A stretch of DNA of 64,000 nucleotides, from contig NC_058368.1 in the NCBI RefSeq assembly GCF_018350175.1, positions 52,453,815 through 52,517,814 on the forward strand. Reading direction: 5' to 3'. Shown here piece by piece: positions 40,116 through 55,179 of the stretch (position 1 is its first letter; each line of letters starts with the position of its first letter). Source of the stretch: Felis catus (taxonomy: Eukaryota). Below the pieces are notes generated by a model. It made no database searches and had not been told where the DNA came from. It was given only the letters and a program-made list of their open reading frames with translations. Made by a program: the position numbers and the translations under genes.

Positions 40116-40531
40116 TGTATCAGGTTTAGCCAACAGCTGTAACAAACAACCTTGAAACTTCAATAGCTTAACAAATAGAACTATGTCTCTTACTTGTATA
40201 AGCCCCATTAGAAGAGATAGTACGTCTCTGCGGCACACAGTCACTGAGGGATTGAGGCTCCTTCCATCCACGGTCTAGTCATGCCCTAGGGCCACACAGA
40301 TCTCTGCTGGATCCTCAACAGCCAGCAGGCAGACAGGGAGGTGGAGAATAGCAAACGTCATGATTCAGGCCCAGAAACGTGCCCATAACTTTCATCCACA
40401 CTCTATGAACCAACTTTATCACGTGGCTACACCTAATTGCAAAAGAGTCTAAGAAATGTGGTCTGGAGACATAACCATGAGAAAGAAGAAAATGAAATGA
40501 TTTGGCGAAAAAGTAACCAGTCTGTACCACA
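40116..40531 (-). mobile_element. Old MaLR LTR (MLT1I/J-like) nested in L2
   Basis: TG...CA ends; ctgtaacaaacaaccttgaaacttcaatagcttaacaaata; ggcccagaaacgtgcccataactttcatccacactctatg; cacgtggctacacctaattgcaa. L2-like sequence on both sides. Confidence 0.8.
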
Positions 40532-40783
40532 GGACATCCAAATGAAAGTGTCCAGAAAGCAGGTAGATCTCTGGAATTCAAGAGAAGTCCCAATGGGAGA
40601 TACAGATTCAGAAATCATAGCTATGCAGAGGAATAGATAGTGTGGTCAGGGGACAATGTGTAATAGAAAAGAAGGGGAAATTAGGTACACTTATTATATG
40701 GCATTTCTCTATCCTTGCTCTTTTGGAGAGGAGAGCAGCATGACCACATAAGAACATAGGTGTGTGAATGTGTGTGTCCCTGA

Positions 40784-40795
40784 TTCATCATCATC

Positions 40796-40830
<35 letters not shown>
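40784..40830 (+). repeat. Compound (TCA)n(TC)15 microsatellite
   Basis: Read directly. Confidence 0.9.
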
Positions 40831-40836
<6 letters not shown>

Positions 40837-43800
40837 CATCTATCATCTATCTCTACACTTGCTTATCGAACACTTGCTGAGGACAGGACACTGTACTAGA
40901 GACTTGGGATCTGGCTGTGAAGCAGAAGCCCTTGTGGAACTCACATTCTTTCAAGGAAGCCGGCATTAAAAACAAATTATCCTATTATTTATATAATTTT
41001 AATTGTGTTAAAAGGACCAAATCAGAAGCACAGGACAGGATGAGAATACAGAGGAACCCTGGTCTAGAAAGTGTAAGACCCTCCTACAGACAAGGGTACA
41101 ACAAACCAGAAAGCTAACAGCGCCCCTAAGAAAGATACACATGAAGTGCTTCTGAGTGTCTAGGAGGCAGAGATGCCTCTTCAGGGGAAGAAAGATGCTC
41201 AAGTGGAAAACACTGGTCTTTGCAATGTGCCTCCAACAACACAATGTGGAAATGTGGTGGGGCCAACCTTCCAGCGGGGAGATAGGGGCTGGGGTGATTA
41301 CAACTGTGGGAGGTGTGACGACATGGAAAATATTCAGGAAATAATTTCACTGGAACCTACAGAGAGCGAGCGAGGTAGGCACCCTTCTGGAAAGATCATT
41401 TGGGAACAGATACTGGATTGGACTGGGGAGACTAAAGACTGAGAAAAGGCAATCCGGAGCCTATTTGAATCACCCTCAAAGAGGTAATGCATGAATTGCG
41501 TTATTGGCAGTGGCCATGAAGGAAAGGAGTGGGATGGATTTGAGTACACGAAGTTAGAAGCTTTTCAACAAATATTTATTGAGCACCTACTATGAACCAA
41601 ATATCATTAGAACCTGGGGCCAGAGCTTTTTTTCATTTCCTCATTGATACTTCAGGCCACAAAAAGATGTCCAGTTAGACACCATGCAGTTCTTTCCTCC
41701 CTGCATAGCCTTCTGGAGAGTCATTATTATTGTCACTTTATTCCTTTGACCCCACATGTCTTATAGCTCTTGTCCTTTTACCAATCTGTCTGCAAATAGC
41801 AGGCTGCTCTAGTGAGAAGTGAAATAATGTCAAGCACTAGATACACTGTGGTCCACACGTACACAGCCAGGCACTGCCATGTCACCCTATATACATGTTA
41901 TTTTGGCCTAACAGACTTTATATTTGCACAAACTGTGAACTGGCAGTTGGTATTTATAGACAGCCTGTCCCCCAGGGATGACCCATGGGCATGCAAGTCT
42001 TCCCGAGCTGGCAGCCCTCTATGAATGCTGATTGTGTAATGTGTTTTTATAGTAACATATCCTAATGTGTGTTTCAAACTTGGAGCTATCTGTCTATGTG
42101 CGCCTTCATTTACAATAAAACACAACAATGTTTAGCTGTGCAAATAGGAAAGGTGCTTCCAAATAGGTTTCAATTTGGGCTACTCTCCATAAATCTCTTC
42201 CGATATCTTTTCTTTCTGTGTTCAAAAGGGAAAAAAAGCCATTGGCGTGCTAGCATATTAGAGTTTTTGTTGGTTATTCACAGTGTGAAATGAGCATCAC
42301 TAAATAAAGCAACTGCCAAATAAATACATTCTGGTTACAAAGAGAAACCACCGTAGGACTAAAATCTTAAATCTAATTAAGGAATTTCCAAATGCCATAT
42401 CTTTGAAACCTTCCAACAACAACAAAAAATACATTTCAGCTGGGACCTGTGAATTGCTAGCTTTGTACATAAAAGAAACAGCTTGTTCTAAAGCTGAACT
42501 TCAGTAAATTACCGAGGCGGTGCCTTTCATATCCCCATTATGAAGGAGCATTTCTCTGCTAAAACCTTTGGGTAGTAGTGTCTGGGAGCATTTCTCACTG
42601 CCAATGGGTTCTTCGGTAAGGGGTTAAATAAATATCACGCATGTTCTGAAGTCATTGTGTTGCTTTCGGTAATCAACATCAGGAATTAAAATGGTTGCTG
42701 AAAGTGGTTTGTACATGTATAACTGGAGAATATAGGTTGAAAGAGTGTATTTTAACAATAGGTACTCTCCTATGGCCATGCAAATAGCTGCTTGCTGGAT
42801 GTACACAGTCTCCAAATTTAAGATGGAAATCGAGCTGAAGCCAGAACAACAAAGAAAGCTTCTCTGTGCTATTGTAGAAAAGAAGAATCTTAATGTTTCT
42901 GCATATCCAAAGAACAGTTGTATCTTTTCTGATTCTTCTCTTTATTTATTTAAAAAGATATTTTTAAAAACATTTAAACACTTAAAATGAGAAAAGTGTG
43001 GAACATTTCCGAATAGTACAAAACATTCATGACTTTTCAAAAAATGAAGAAAATAAATCTATTTCCTGCCACACTCCTGAGGCTAATGTATCTCTAAATG
43101 CCTGGATGACAAACACTGAAATAACTACGTGCAAAAAAACATTCATCCAATTACTCGATATTTGATCTACAAAATGATATGACTATTTGACGTTCAGGAA
43201 GCAAACTATGCAAATACCGCTATTTCTCTTTTCAAGTGTATATGTTACCACAAAAGTATAATGTTTTTTAAATATAATAACCTAGGACTCGCTGCCCTAC
43301 GATCAAGTTTTGCGACAACACTTTCCATGTTTTGTGGGGAAAATAGGTTTAGGTGGGCTTCTGTGAGGCAGATGGTAACTGAGGTCTGCATTTTATTTTG
43401 TGTAGCTGTGCATAAAATAAGGCTCAATGCTATTCAAGTTCATGATGAACTGTGCTCTGGAGGCTTAACATATTTTAGAATGATGTTTCTTGTCATATAC
43501 ATAACTTACAACTTATTTAAAGAAACATCACAACAAATTAGTTTATATTCACACATATTGTTATTAATACAGTGATTGTTATATTTTGCATATAGAGAAA
43601 CATTTGTATGTGTACATTTTATATGTGTTTAGGTGCATGTGCTCATACACACATGTATGGGCATAATCTATATGCCCATACACACCCCTACAAATACACA
43701 TAGGCTTACAGAAAAACTCACATTCATATGGGTGCCTGGTTGAGTTCATGTGATCAGCAACCAATATGTTGCTTGGCCTTTTTTCTCTTTTTAAACAAAG

Positions 43801-44164
43801 AGCCAGATTTGCCTCCGGCCACACTGTGCATTCTGTAGAACATACACCCAACTTCAAAAGGACCGTGTAAGCGATGAGCTTTTGAAGCCAGGCAGAAGGC
43901 ATATGTCTCCATGCCTTCAGGCACAAGAAGGTCAACCAATGCCCTTATGGTCACACAGAAGGTGTATCTCTGTGATCAAACTAGCCTGGAAGAGTCTCAA
44001 ACTACTCAGTCCTGTGTTACTTCTAGCCATACTCATGAAGGCTAATTTTTCTAAAAAGCATCATGATAGCCCTGTAAGTCATTACCTCCTTCAGGATCAG
44101 TTCATGGACCAAACAAATGGCTTATGGGGTTCATCCCTAATAATAGTTCATAGTCTTTATCCCT

Positions 44165-44600
44165 TAGCGGGTATTTACAATATGCCAGGCCGCTCATATA
44201 TTGTATATCTATTTAACCCTTACAATCCTATCGTTATGGGATGTCGTTATGGGCATTATTATGCCCACTTATCGATTTTATATCTACTTAACCCTTGTCA
44301 TATCTCTGTGAGACATGGACTAATATTATTCTCATGTTTTAGATTCTGAAACCAATGCTTAGAGAAGTAACTTGCCCCACTCTCACAACCGGTGAGTGGC
44401 AGGGCTGCGGTTGGAGCAGAGGTTTCTCTCTCCGGAACATATGCCTTCAATTTTAAAAATATTAAGTAGCTATCATTTATTGAACACTGAAAACGCACCA
44501 GGCATAATCTCTCTGATACTCCTAACACATTTTGAAGTGGAGATTTTTATTGTCCTCATCTCACAGATGAAGAAACCGACCCATGGAGAGCTTTTAAATC
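44165..44600 (-). mobile_element. Cluster of MIR fragments
   Basis: Repeated antisense MIR motifs: tttaacccttacaatcctat; gaaaccaatgcttagagaagtaacttgccc; cctcatctcacagatgaagaaaccga. Confidence 0.7.
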
Positions 44601-47600
44601 CCACGGAGTCTGCCTCTCCCGTGGAATTTGCATACGTCTCTGTCACCCGAGACAAGCAGAAAGCACATTACAGGGCAGAACCGGAACCCAATCCATAAAT
44701 TCCTGTTGAATCACTTTTCCTCCTGGTCACTTTATTTTCCATGAGAGCCATTGGCAATCCACACCTAAATGATCTTAAACGAGAGACAAGCCCCTCAACA
44801 AGAATTGATGGTGGGATCCCAGCTGCAGGCCGTCTTTCATAATCAGCACAGGAGTGCACTCTGCAGTATAAATCTGTGTGGGTCACAGCACTGCTCACGT
44901 CAAGCCCACGCTTCGTGCCGGGTGTGAAAACTGAGGCTAGCCTTAGCCACGGCTGCTGCAGCTAGAGCCTGGGTAGACTGGTAGGCCCTCCCCCCCATGC
45001 TGGCCCTTAGAGCCTCTACTCTGGTGGGAAGGTGTACTTAGCCCAGCGCATTGGACAACTCTTTGCGTCTTTCTATTGTCTTCAAACACAGAGCTTCCGC
45101 CCTGAATATAAGCCCTCCCGTAAGAGAAAATATTGAGTGCTGTGGTGCTAACGAAGGAGGCAGTTTCCATGTCTGTGTGATTATGCTGTCAGCCCTCCAA
45201 ACCCCACTCACCAGAGGTCCCCCCCATGCCAAGGCTGCTCAGCCCATCCTTCATGCAGCGTGTGGTGCCCACGGCTCACGCGACAACGGCTGCTCAGTGG
45301 TGTTCCAGTCACCTGCCGGCTTTGCAACAGACAGAGGAGAGGCACGGCCAGGTTGTTGGAGGCTGGCGCCCAGATGGCAGCAGGCTGAGTTCACACCCTT
45401 GGCCGTGGCTGAGGCCGGAGGCTGTCCCAGAGCCGAGTCCCACAGTCAAGTGCCACCGGCACGTCTCCCCGGGGCTCTGTAGCTGCAGCTGGAGCCTAGC
45501 GCGGCACATCGCGTGGCTCCAGACTGAGGAAGCCTTACTCTTAGCAAGAGGGGTGTCCCTGCCAGTACAGTCTGGCTCGGCTTCACCCATTCATCCACGA
45601 AATCAGGGTATATCAATTAGCCACATGATGTATCAAAGATGAAGTCCAGAAAAATGGCCACGTTCAGTGACTTCATTTATGCAGACGAATCAACTTGTTC
45701 TGATGCTTAAATTATGCATTGTCTTGTTGACTAGCATCCCAGATCTGGTCAGTTACTGCCTCCGAAGTACATGCCCCCCCCCCCACCTCTTGTTTCACAC
45801 AGACATTCCCACCACACGAAATACAACTGATAATATGTGACTTTTCCCTCGATACGATGGTGACATGTTGACAATTCCTGAGATCATTTGTCTCACCTCA
45901 AAAAAGTGAGAAGGGAGCTGTCCGTGCACATGCATACACATGTGCAGGCATGCGTGGGCACGTGTATATCTTGCTTTCCCTGCATATCCATATATACACA
46001 GCCTCAGTGTCTGAAGTGACGTGCTACGGTAGACTCCTGTATCCCCCAGCCCAGCTTCACCTCTCTGAGATTGCCAGAAGATGATACAGAAGGGGAGGAT
46101 TTTCTCCCGTTGCATCTACTTCCAAAAATCCTAAAAGATGAAGCCTCCACACAGCCCATTCTTTTCCTTGTTATGTATTTATACGTTTAACACAAAACAA
46201 GGCAAGCCCTAAAGCCCCATTCTGACACACACATCGTGTTGTTTAGGAGCTCGCAGTCTGTGAAAACTAACATGCCTTCCTTCTCATTCTGTGATTCAGC
46301 AGAAAGCAACAATAGTCCAAAATACACATTATGAGTATCTGCTTGCTCTTGCTCTAAAAACTCCCAAACAAACAAACAAACAGAAAAAAGCCACCATAGA
46401 ATAAGCATCAAAAGCTCGGCATCTCGTGTATTCTTACCAATGACCTCTTGGTTGCCACTCTTCTGAGTAACTAACTCCATCTCTTGAATAAACACGTATT
46501 GGGAACCAGTTCTGTCCCTGACTTGCTAGACTCATGGGGACCAAAAACAAAGGCATACCATACATGGTCCCTGTGTTTGAGGAACTCAAAATCTATGAAG
46601 GAGATAGGCGACATAGAAAAATAATGGCCCCCATTTACTGACTGCTCACAGTGTAACAGATATTGAAACTAATATAGATTATCTGGTTTAACTTTCACAA
46701 ATATCTGCAAAACAGATATTTTTGAAATACCCTCATTGAGACATAAATAAGGAAACCGAGGTTCAGAAAACTTATAGAACTCTTGCCCAAAAGTTGCAGT
46801 ACTTAGGTTCATCCCCAGGTCTGTCCATCTCCAAGCTTGCACCTGTTCTGCTGTACCGGAAGGGCAATGATGGAGGTGAATGCGTATTTTGTGGGGGATA
46901 GGGCCTGGTGGTTAAGATGGTCTCTTCTTAGAACTGTTCTGCTCACCTCACGTCTTATGACTCCAGAGACCCTGAGTGGACCAAGTCTTCCCTCCAGCCC
47001 TTCCGGAGGGAAAATTCAAGTGAAAGTCCTTTGATGAATAGACTCAAGTGAATGATCAACAGCTCCACCAGACTTCTTATCTCAGCGAAAGAAAAACAGA
47101 TTAAGCAAGCTGACCACAAAGAAGTTAAGAGAGTGTCCATTTAGCACCGTCTACCTGGCACGTAGGAAGTAAATAAACATTTGTTGTTACTGAAAAACAA
47201 CATGATGGGGTGGGGTGGGGCATGCTGGGGAGGGCGTGGTGAAGGCATATGGAGAATTAGAAGTGCCCTTTCATTTCTGTGATAGGCTACCCAGGACGTC
47301 AAATAGCTCTGGACCCCAGAGCATCACCCCAGTAGTTGCATTTCAAAGATAAATAGTGGAAAAAGATCAACAGGTGACGACACAGATGTCCTAACATCCT
47401 AGCTCATGCACACATACAAGGCCAACCTGGCTATTCCAGAGAGTCAGCTCTCTTATCTGGGCTCTGCCAACTGTCAGGAAACTGTGGTTCCTTCTTCTGT
47501 TCTGTATATTCATAGAAAATATCTAGATTCTTTCAGCCTGACTGGCTACCCTTACTTTCTATGTAAATCTTTCCTATTTTTAGGACCCACAAATTAAGTT

Positions 47601-50600
47601 AATAAAGCGCAGAAGTCAACAATTTTGTTTTGTCCTTAAAAAGGCAAGTTTGTGACCCTAATCATCATTAGGACAACCAGAATATTTCCTTTGTATAGGG
47701 CCAAACCATGTTTATTTACTTATGAACTAGCGTCCAAAGATTGATTGTTTTAGCACTCTTTTTAACACCTGAATGACAAGGGGGTACAGGATCTCTGTCA
47801 ACTTGGTCTCAGGTTTTCTATCTGTGAAAAGCAAAAAAGCGATTTCAGAAAAATACTAATATGGTCATATTTTTTAAAATGTATCTAGATAGCTACTTAA
47901 AAAGCAAAGGTAACAGATGGGCCATGGCATCCCACAATTGTGTTTAATTTAAATAAAATGAAGAATAACACGAAAGGAGGCTGGGTTTAATTTGTGGCCT
48001 GGAAGAAAAAAATGGACCGTGATCAAATTATCAATAGGCACCATTCTGTCTTCCTGTTCAGGTCATTTGAAATGGTCTTAAGTCATGAAATAAACTACTG
48101 GGGTTTTTTTTAAAGATGGAGCTTTTTTCTGGCTTAGAAAAGTATTAAGGAATCCAATGCAATTTCTATTTCATATACCGTCTTTTCAGGAATGATCATT
48201 TGGGAAGCAGAGTCACTCCAGTGAAAAAGCTTTTGTATCATCATTTAATCTAATTAAATAATTACCAATAGATGATAGTAAAACACATTGTAGACCCCCA
48301 ACAACTGCACAATCTTAATAAATCTTAATGAAATGAAATTCCAGTGCTCCACAAAATGCCTTCCTGAAAACCAGCATGTTCTATCCCCTACAGAAATGGA
48401 GCACGTGGAAAAAGCAGACAATGAAAGGGAATGTTCTACTTAGTTTTATTCAAGTCTGAATGCCACTTTCCCTAAAATATAAAGTCCAAATACCAGTCTC
48501 ACCCAGTATTGGGCAAACTAAGCCAAGGCATTTCTCTGTCTCTTAGTCACAGATGATATTTATAATGCACGCCAGTGAAACATCATGATTTTGTGTGCAG
48601 ATGAACTAAAAACATTGAAGGTTTGAACTCAGGTTCCTTTGGGGGGGAGGAGGGAAAAGTGTTATCTAGGGGCTACGCCTGCTGAGGCTAATATGGACCT
48701 ACAGGAACCAGAGGTCATTACTTGTAAAGAGACAACATTCTATTTTTATCAAGAATCCGTACCTAAGTTACTTCCACCTACTGTTAAAAAGAAGAGGCGG
48801 GGTGTTGTCTTTTCTTGGTTTGTATTTTGGCCAGCCAGGGCTAAAGTCAAATGCAAGAGCAGCGCAGTTAAGACTGTTCAGCTTCACTCCGGCGAGTACC
48901 AACTCAAGGGCATGTGGTTTTTACCAGGAATATGTGTGATTTGTATGGATTTATTTTTCAACAGCGCAGAAGAATAATGAAGGCTTCCTAGCGTCACATG
49001 GACGTCTCTGTTTCTATTTGTTTTACGTAGGCCTCAAATGTTCCACTATGTCTGGCAACATGTGTTGATGAGTTGATTTATCCACCTTGTTTTCCAATTT
49101 GTAATGACAGCTTGAAATTAAAAGACAGTTTTAAAAGGTGTAAATAAATGGGTAAGGAGGCCCCAGTGGACAGAAATGATGTGACTCAAGTTCCTCACGT
49201 GAAAAAGCCCTCCCTGAGCTCTGCAAAACCAATACGGATAAACTTTAAAGTACCCCCACATCCTATTTCACCCGGGCTGAATCTTACTTTACCCCATAAA
49301 TGGGATGATCTGAATATCCCCATCTGGCATCCATGAAAAGTGGAAATCTCCATAGAGGTTCAACTAAAATGTCATTAGGTAATTAGATTGAATACTCAGT
49401 GGCTGCAAATCCACTCACTTACTAGAAGAAATTTAGTTCTGCCTAATTTTTTCCCCTATATTTTATTTTATAATGAAATCTTAGGAATTCATTTTTAGGG
49501 AAATACAAAAAAATAGTAAAAAATCTTAATTAGTGGATAAAGCAAAAAGTACTTCTACAAAATCTAGGCAGAAACCCCTGGCTACATTTTTGCGTCGTTT
49601 GGCGGGGTCCTGGTTTAGGCATTCAACGGGGATAAAGGCACTGCGATGCTTCTCCTTGTCCTTGCTTCTTTGCATCCCCCACTCACCTCCGTATTTCTAA
49701 AGCCTCTTTTGTGGCTGACGCAGATGGGTTTTTAACATTTGAACATTTTGGTTTAACAAATCTTTTTAACATTTTGGTTCAGCAGTCCAGCACCTTTCCC
49801 CTTTCTCTGTATCTATTGTCTTTGTAATACAGACCTGCTCAGTTGTTCATGTTTTGCATTAGGGGTTACCCCAATTTAGCAATATCTGCGGGATGCTCCC
49901 TGCCCCCACCCTTTTTCTGTTTTTGTTTTCGCCGTGTCTATTTCTTGGAGAGCTTTCTTTCCTACCCCAGAGCATAATCTACCACTTGTACTTCTTCTGA
50001 CATATGAGGATTTTAAATCTTTCCTTATTATTTGTCTTCTTTTTACTTGTAGTTGGTCCCCATAGCCCTCGACCCATCTCTTGTGTTTTCAGTTATGCAG
50101 ATGTCTGTAATGAAAGGGAACACTTGGGAGCATCACAGAGAAAACACAGCTATTCTACCATAACCAGAGGTACAGTGTTAAATGATTTTGAGGAAAAAAA
50201 TAATAATAAAAATGCTAGAAAGCAAATTGAAAGAAGTCAAAGCCTGGTGTAGTAATTCAAAAGAATTAAGCCGATGAGACATTCACAAAGCCATATGTAC
50301 ACAAACATAAATACCGCAGGTCGTACCCAGAGCACTGTCTGGAGAGATTTGCACGTTGTTGCTCTTCGTGAATATACGTCAGCATATAATCTCTTAATAC
50401 AAAGGGAATGAGGGCCCTAACAACCTTTTTATCTTGACATATTGGTGAGTGGGGCATTAACCAAGAAAAGTGTCCGTTTTTAGAGGAATGGATGAGGATA
50501 CTACTATGGTGAAAAGTTATACAGAATCTCTGCAGTATTCCAGAGCCCAGCTGAAAGGGACTGATTCAGGGAATTATTTTCACAAATGCTTTCAAACTCA

Positions 50601-50742
50601 TTGACTTCTCTTCTTTTGTAGATCAGACAAAAATGGCATTGATGTACAGACTCATTTTTAAGACAGCGATCTGGTGCTTTCACTGTGCAATGGCTCCAGT
50701 AAACTGGCCACCATCATCCTATATCTAAAAATTTCTCATCTT

Positions 50743-50965
50743 GGGCCCCTGGGTGTCTCAGGTGGTTAAGCGTCTGGCTCTTGGTTTTGGCTCAGGTCAC
50801 GATCTCATGGTTTCATGAGTTTGAGCCCTGAGTCAGGCTCTGCACTGACAATGCAGGGCCTGCTTGGGATTCTCTCTCTCCCTCTCTCTCTGCCTCTCTG
50901 CTGCTCTTCTCATGCTGTCTCTGTCTCTCTCAAAATAAATAAATAAACTTAAGAAAATAAAAAAA
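50743..50965 (+). mobile_element. CAN-SINE
   Basis: Head gggcccctgggtgtctcaggtggttaagcg, CT tract and A tail. TSD aaaatttctcatct / aaaacttctcatct. Confidence 0.95.
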
Positions 50966-52224
50966 CTTCTCATCTAATATATTATTTCCTTTTTTATAGA
51001 GATCTTCAAATGTGAAATATACACAATTCTGTTATTTCAAGTCTAGACATTTGGACAATTTAGGTAAAGTTACTCTTGTATATACATACCTCTGAAAGTA
51101 TTCATTAAGGGGATCTTGGCTCCCAAGAATTAGTTTTCTTAAGATTTCAGCGTTACAAACATTTTCACTGTTTCCTTTTGAGCTCCCTTTGTTCATTATC
51201 ATGATAGCAATGCAAATTCTTTGAGAATCAAACAAGCAGTTAGCTAGAATGAATGTGGGCAGGTTAAACCAGTCACCGCCACTCAGTAGATGTACTGATC
51301 TATCAAGTAACAATCATCACATCACATTAAGTGATGACAATGCTTAGAACTTTAATAAGGAGTGAACTGTTTTCAGATATTTTGAAACCCACAAATAACC
51401 ATGTAGAACGAAAGCTGGGGCAAATTGGAATTTAAAAGGCATGCTTAAAGATCTAAAAATACAAAATGAAAAACAGCACTTGAAAATATACACTCGGCAA
51501 TGGCAATTGAAGTTATTTTAACTAATTAGTATCACTCATTTTATGCTCAGAAAAATTTGGGGACGGGGTATTATTCTAAGTGGTGATTTTGCTAATAATA
51601 CATTAACATTATTGTTATGTATGTTTATCAAAAATCAAAAAAACCAACACCCATGTTGAATTTGAGGGATAAGAATATACTTCTAGGCATACTAATATAG
51701 CCTGAGGAAAAACTTTCCTATTCAGTTAAAAATTAGTTAAGGTCCTAAACCATGAAGCAAGTGTATAAATCTTGCCTACAGAAGGAAGAATCTTTACCAT
51801 GCTGACAAGCAAAGAAATCCGTTTCCTGTTTGAGCTACATGGATGTGAGCCATTGACAATGATGCAATGAAATAAATGACTTTCTCCATTAGTAGTGGTT
51901 TATTTTGTGAGGAGGCAAAAATAACGGGTTAGTTAAAAGGATACCTAAGTGAAATGTGTGGACCTGATGTCATGCTCAAGGAGCCTGGTTTAACTTTAAG
52001 GAACTTTGTGAGTAAATGCACGTTTCCATTTGCCAGTGGTGATTCTTCCAAGATTTAGGAATAAGTGATTTTCTCTTACCAACAGATTAGAAACAAGCGA
52101 AACATACAGAAAATATTTGTCTCCACTGAAAAAACAACTTTCTATCTAGGTTTTTTTTTTTTATCTCATCCAAATGAATAGAACTTCACTTTGGTAAAGA
52201 GTATTATTCTTTCCTCCCTGCCCC

Positions 52225-52360
52225 CATCTTTACTGAGGTATTATTGACCAAGTTGTATATACTTAAAGTAATATAACTTGATATTTTGATGTGCTTATAC
52301 ATTGTGAGATAATTGCCATGAGCAAGTTACTCAACACATCCATCACTTCACATGGTTACC

Positions 52361-52400
<40 letters not shown>

Positions 52401-52598
52401 TGAGCAAACCCCAGCAAATTTCAAGTATACAATCCAGTATTGTTAACTAGAGTCACCACGCTGTACGTTAGGTCCCTAGAACTTATGCATCTTGCATAAC
52501 TGAAACTTTGTATTCTCTGAATCGCATCTCCCCACTTCTCTCTCCACCAGTCCCTGGCAATTACCATTCTATGCTCTGCTTCCATGAATTTGACTATC
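52225..52598 (-). mobile_element. L1MA-type 3' end containing (TG)n at ~52362-52392
   Basis: tttactgaggtattattgac..catccatcacttcacatggttac..gcaaatttcaagtatacaat..cctggcaattaccattctatgctctgcttccatgaatttgact. Confidence 0.88.
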
Positions 52599-53379
52599 GG
52601 AAAGAACTCCCAACTCTACACATCCCAATTTTGTAAGAGATATATAAGGTATTTTTATGTGTTTGATACATAGTAGCTGCTGAATTAATGCTGCTAAATT
52701 AGATAAAGGAATTACATGGTCAACCTGGTCATATGGAGTAGAATTTGGTTCATGTTCTTGAATGATAAATGAAAGAAAGTAAAAAATGGATAATATAGCA
52801 AGCTTTCTAGGTTAAGGAAATTCATTTAATCTTGAGCAATGAATAGAAACTTGTAAAATACGGATAAAAATGTGTGCAGCAGGTACACATGTAAGAAATT
52901 ACAAAATGTGAACGCTTAGATTTGCAAAGCCATTTATTTATATTATGAAACAAGTCATGTGATTGAATCTGTTCCACTTCAAGTTATGCATATTTTTCCA
53001 GAAGCCAGCAGGATCTATGAGAAAGAGCACATTACCTGAGGTTTGTAATTGTGGCAATAATTATGGCAGCAGTTCTGCCAACCTCTCAGGCTAGTGTCTG
53101 GCATCCAGCCGACTTGTAAATCAGACCCTTTGTTTGCTGGCTGTTGGATGCAGGACAAGTCAATTAACAAAGCTCCCTACTCTGTAGGTGCAGCGGTAGA
53201 GACTTGACCTACATTAGCTCCGTTTTCATAACTCTGAGAATTTCACAAATTAAAAACCTGAGCCTCAGAGAGGTCCGACAGCCATATATAAAGTGCATAG
53301 CTCAATCCTTGGCATACAGAAAGCTCGTTTTAAAATACTGTCACCCCGTGATCAAATGCTAACAGGGAGGCACTGCAGA

Positions 53380-53580
53380 CTAATGGTCAAGGGGGCCTGC
53401 TCTGGTCTGAAACTCATTGGGCTGGGGTCACATCCCAGCTCTGCCACTTATTTGTGAACTTGAGCAAGATACAGCGTCTCCATGCCTTGGTTTCCTCATT
53501 CATAAGGGCTTATAACTTGATCTCTTTCATTAAGCCGTCTGCAGCGTCAATGAAATGACACATGGAAAGCACTTCTCATA
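53380..53580 (+). mobile_element. MIR SINE
   Basis: atcccagctctgccacttatttgtgaacttgagcaag..gccttggtttcctcat. Confidence 0.75.
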
Positions 53581-55179
53581 TTACCAAAATAAGATTTTGT
53601 GAAAGCAATCATTTTGTAATGACGTATAATTCAATATAATAATAGCTCTTTTTCAAAAAGAATAACGCCACAACTCAAAATAAGGAAACTACAGAAGTGA
53701 GATGACACTATTTTGTAGTGAGTACAGGAAGGGCTTGCATTTTAATTCAAAAGTGTCTTAGCATTTTTCTTTTTTTCCATATTAAAAAAAAGTGTTTCGG
53801 AGGCCATGTAGGAAAGTCAATTTTTAAATGTGTGTTCCAGTAAATAACCAGACAAGCTAAAAATTTTATGATTGATTGAAATAATTGATTGCAGCCTGCC
53901 AATTTTTCCTTTCTTAATTATAAAATACAATTTCCGTTTTGTGCTTTCCAACCCAAGGTTTACAAAAGCTGAGAGAACTCTTCTGCTCAGCCTCTGATTA
54001 TATCAGCAGTGCCACTTTTTCAGGTCCTATCAGATTGGGCTTGGATGATAATTACTTGGGAAGTGTTTGATCTCAATGATGAATACATGATTAGTTTTTC
54101 ATGAAATCAGTCAACCACACCACACAGCACTACTCATGTGAAACCTTGTTGATTTAGCTGTTAGAAAGCACACATCTCCCTCAGTTCAGATATGGGACAT
54201 CAGTCTTTGGGGAAAAGAGGGTGGAAAAAGGGCAAGTTTATGGGTAATGATATTGCAGAGGCAGATATTTAAGGTTTGCTAATTTTCTTCTCAATTATAC
54301 TCCTCTCTTGCCTACCGCATGACCACAGATTCCATCTCAGCTGTGGAATATATTTTTCTTTAAAAAAAAACAAGGTTTCATGACACCTTTGCTATCTCTC
54401 AACCCCTTAGAGGGTTTTACCCTGATGAATAATATTTTATATGTGAAATGTTTATGTGATTTTTCACGGAGTGATAACCTCGCTACCGCTTAACTTTGAT
54501 GCATTGCGAGCACTGGTGTTCTTCACTAAAGTGCTTTTACACACCCCTCCCATAAATATATGGCTACTTTTCCTAAAAGGCCTGGGTTGAGGGTATTTTG
54601 TTTCTTTGTTGATTTGTATCTCTGTGTGTGTGCGCTTTTCTATGATATAGGCTGTTTTTCTAAGAGTCAATGTTACTTGCATTTTCTTAAATTTCAAGTG
54701 ATCTACTACTCAGAGATCAGATAAAAGGATTCAATTGTCAGTCTTTACACAGCATGCATTTGTTTAAAGAAGTAGAAGCATTGCACTTTGAAAGAAAAAG
54801 GAAATAGATTTTGTTTATTTTCTGTCTTTGCCTGACCTATTGACTTCAAAAAAAAAAGCCCTAAAATAAAGAATTCTCTAGATTATTTTTAAGGAAACGA
54901 TGCTATATAAAAATAAGGTTTCAAATCTTTAGCTTCATTCTCATAATTAAAAACTCAGTTACAGGAAGAACATACAACATTTCTATTTCATTTGTGTCAT
55001 CCTCTTTAAAACAAAATCTTCAACATGTCAATAATATTTCAGCAAGGTACCTGACTGGAAAAAGTATGTCTAGTTCTTTTTGGGTAAATGAAGGTGGAGA
55101 TTTAGTAAGGTTGGCTAAATATTTCAAAATCCAAACCCTAGCTTTAAAGCAATAACTGAGACACTGGAGTATTTTAGAC

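Noticed and set aside
43654..43682. 12-bp perfect stem tgtatgggcata / tatgcccataca
   Set aside because: Sits in low-complexity alternating purine-pyrimidine (TA/TG/CA) sequence where such stems arise easily.
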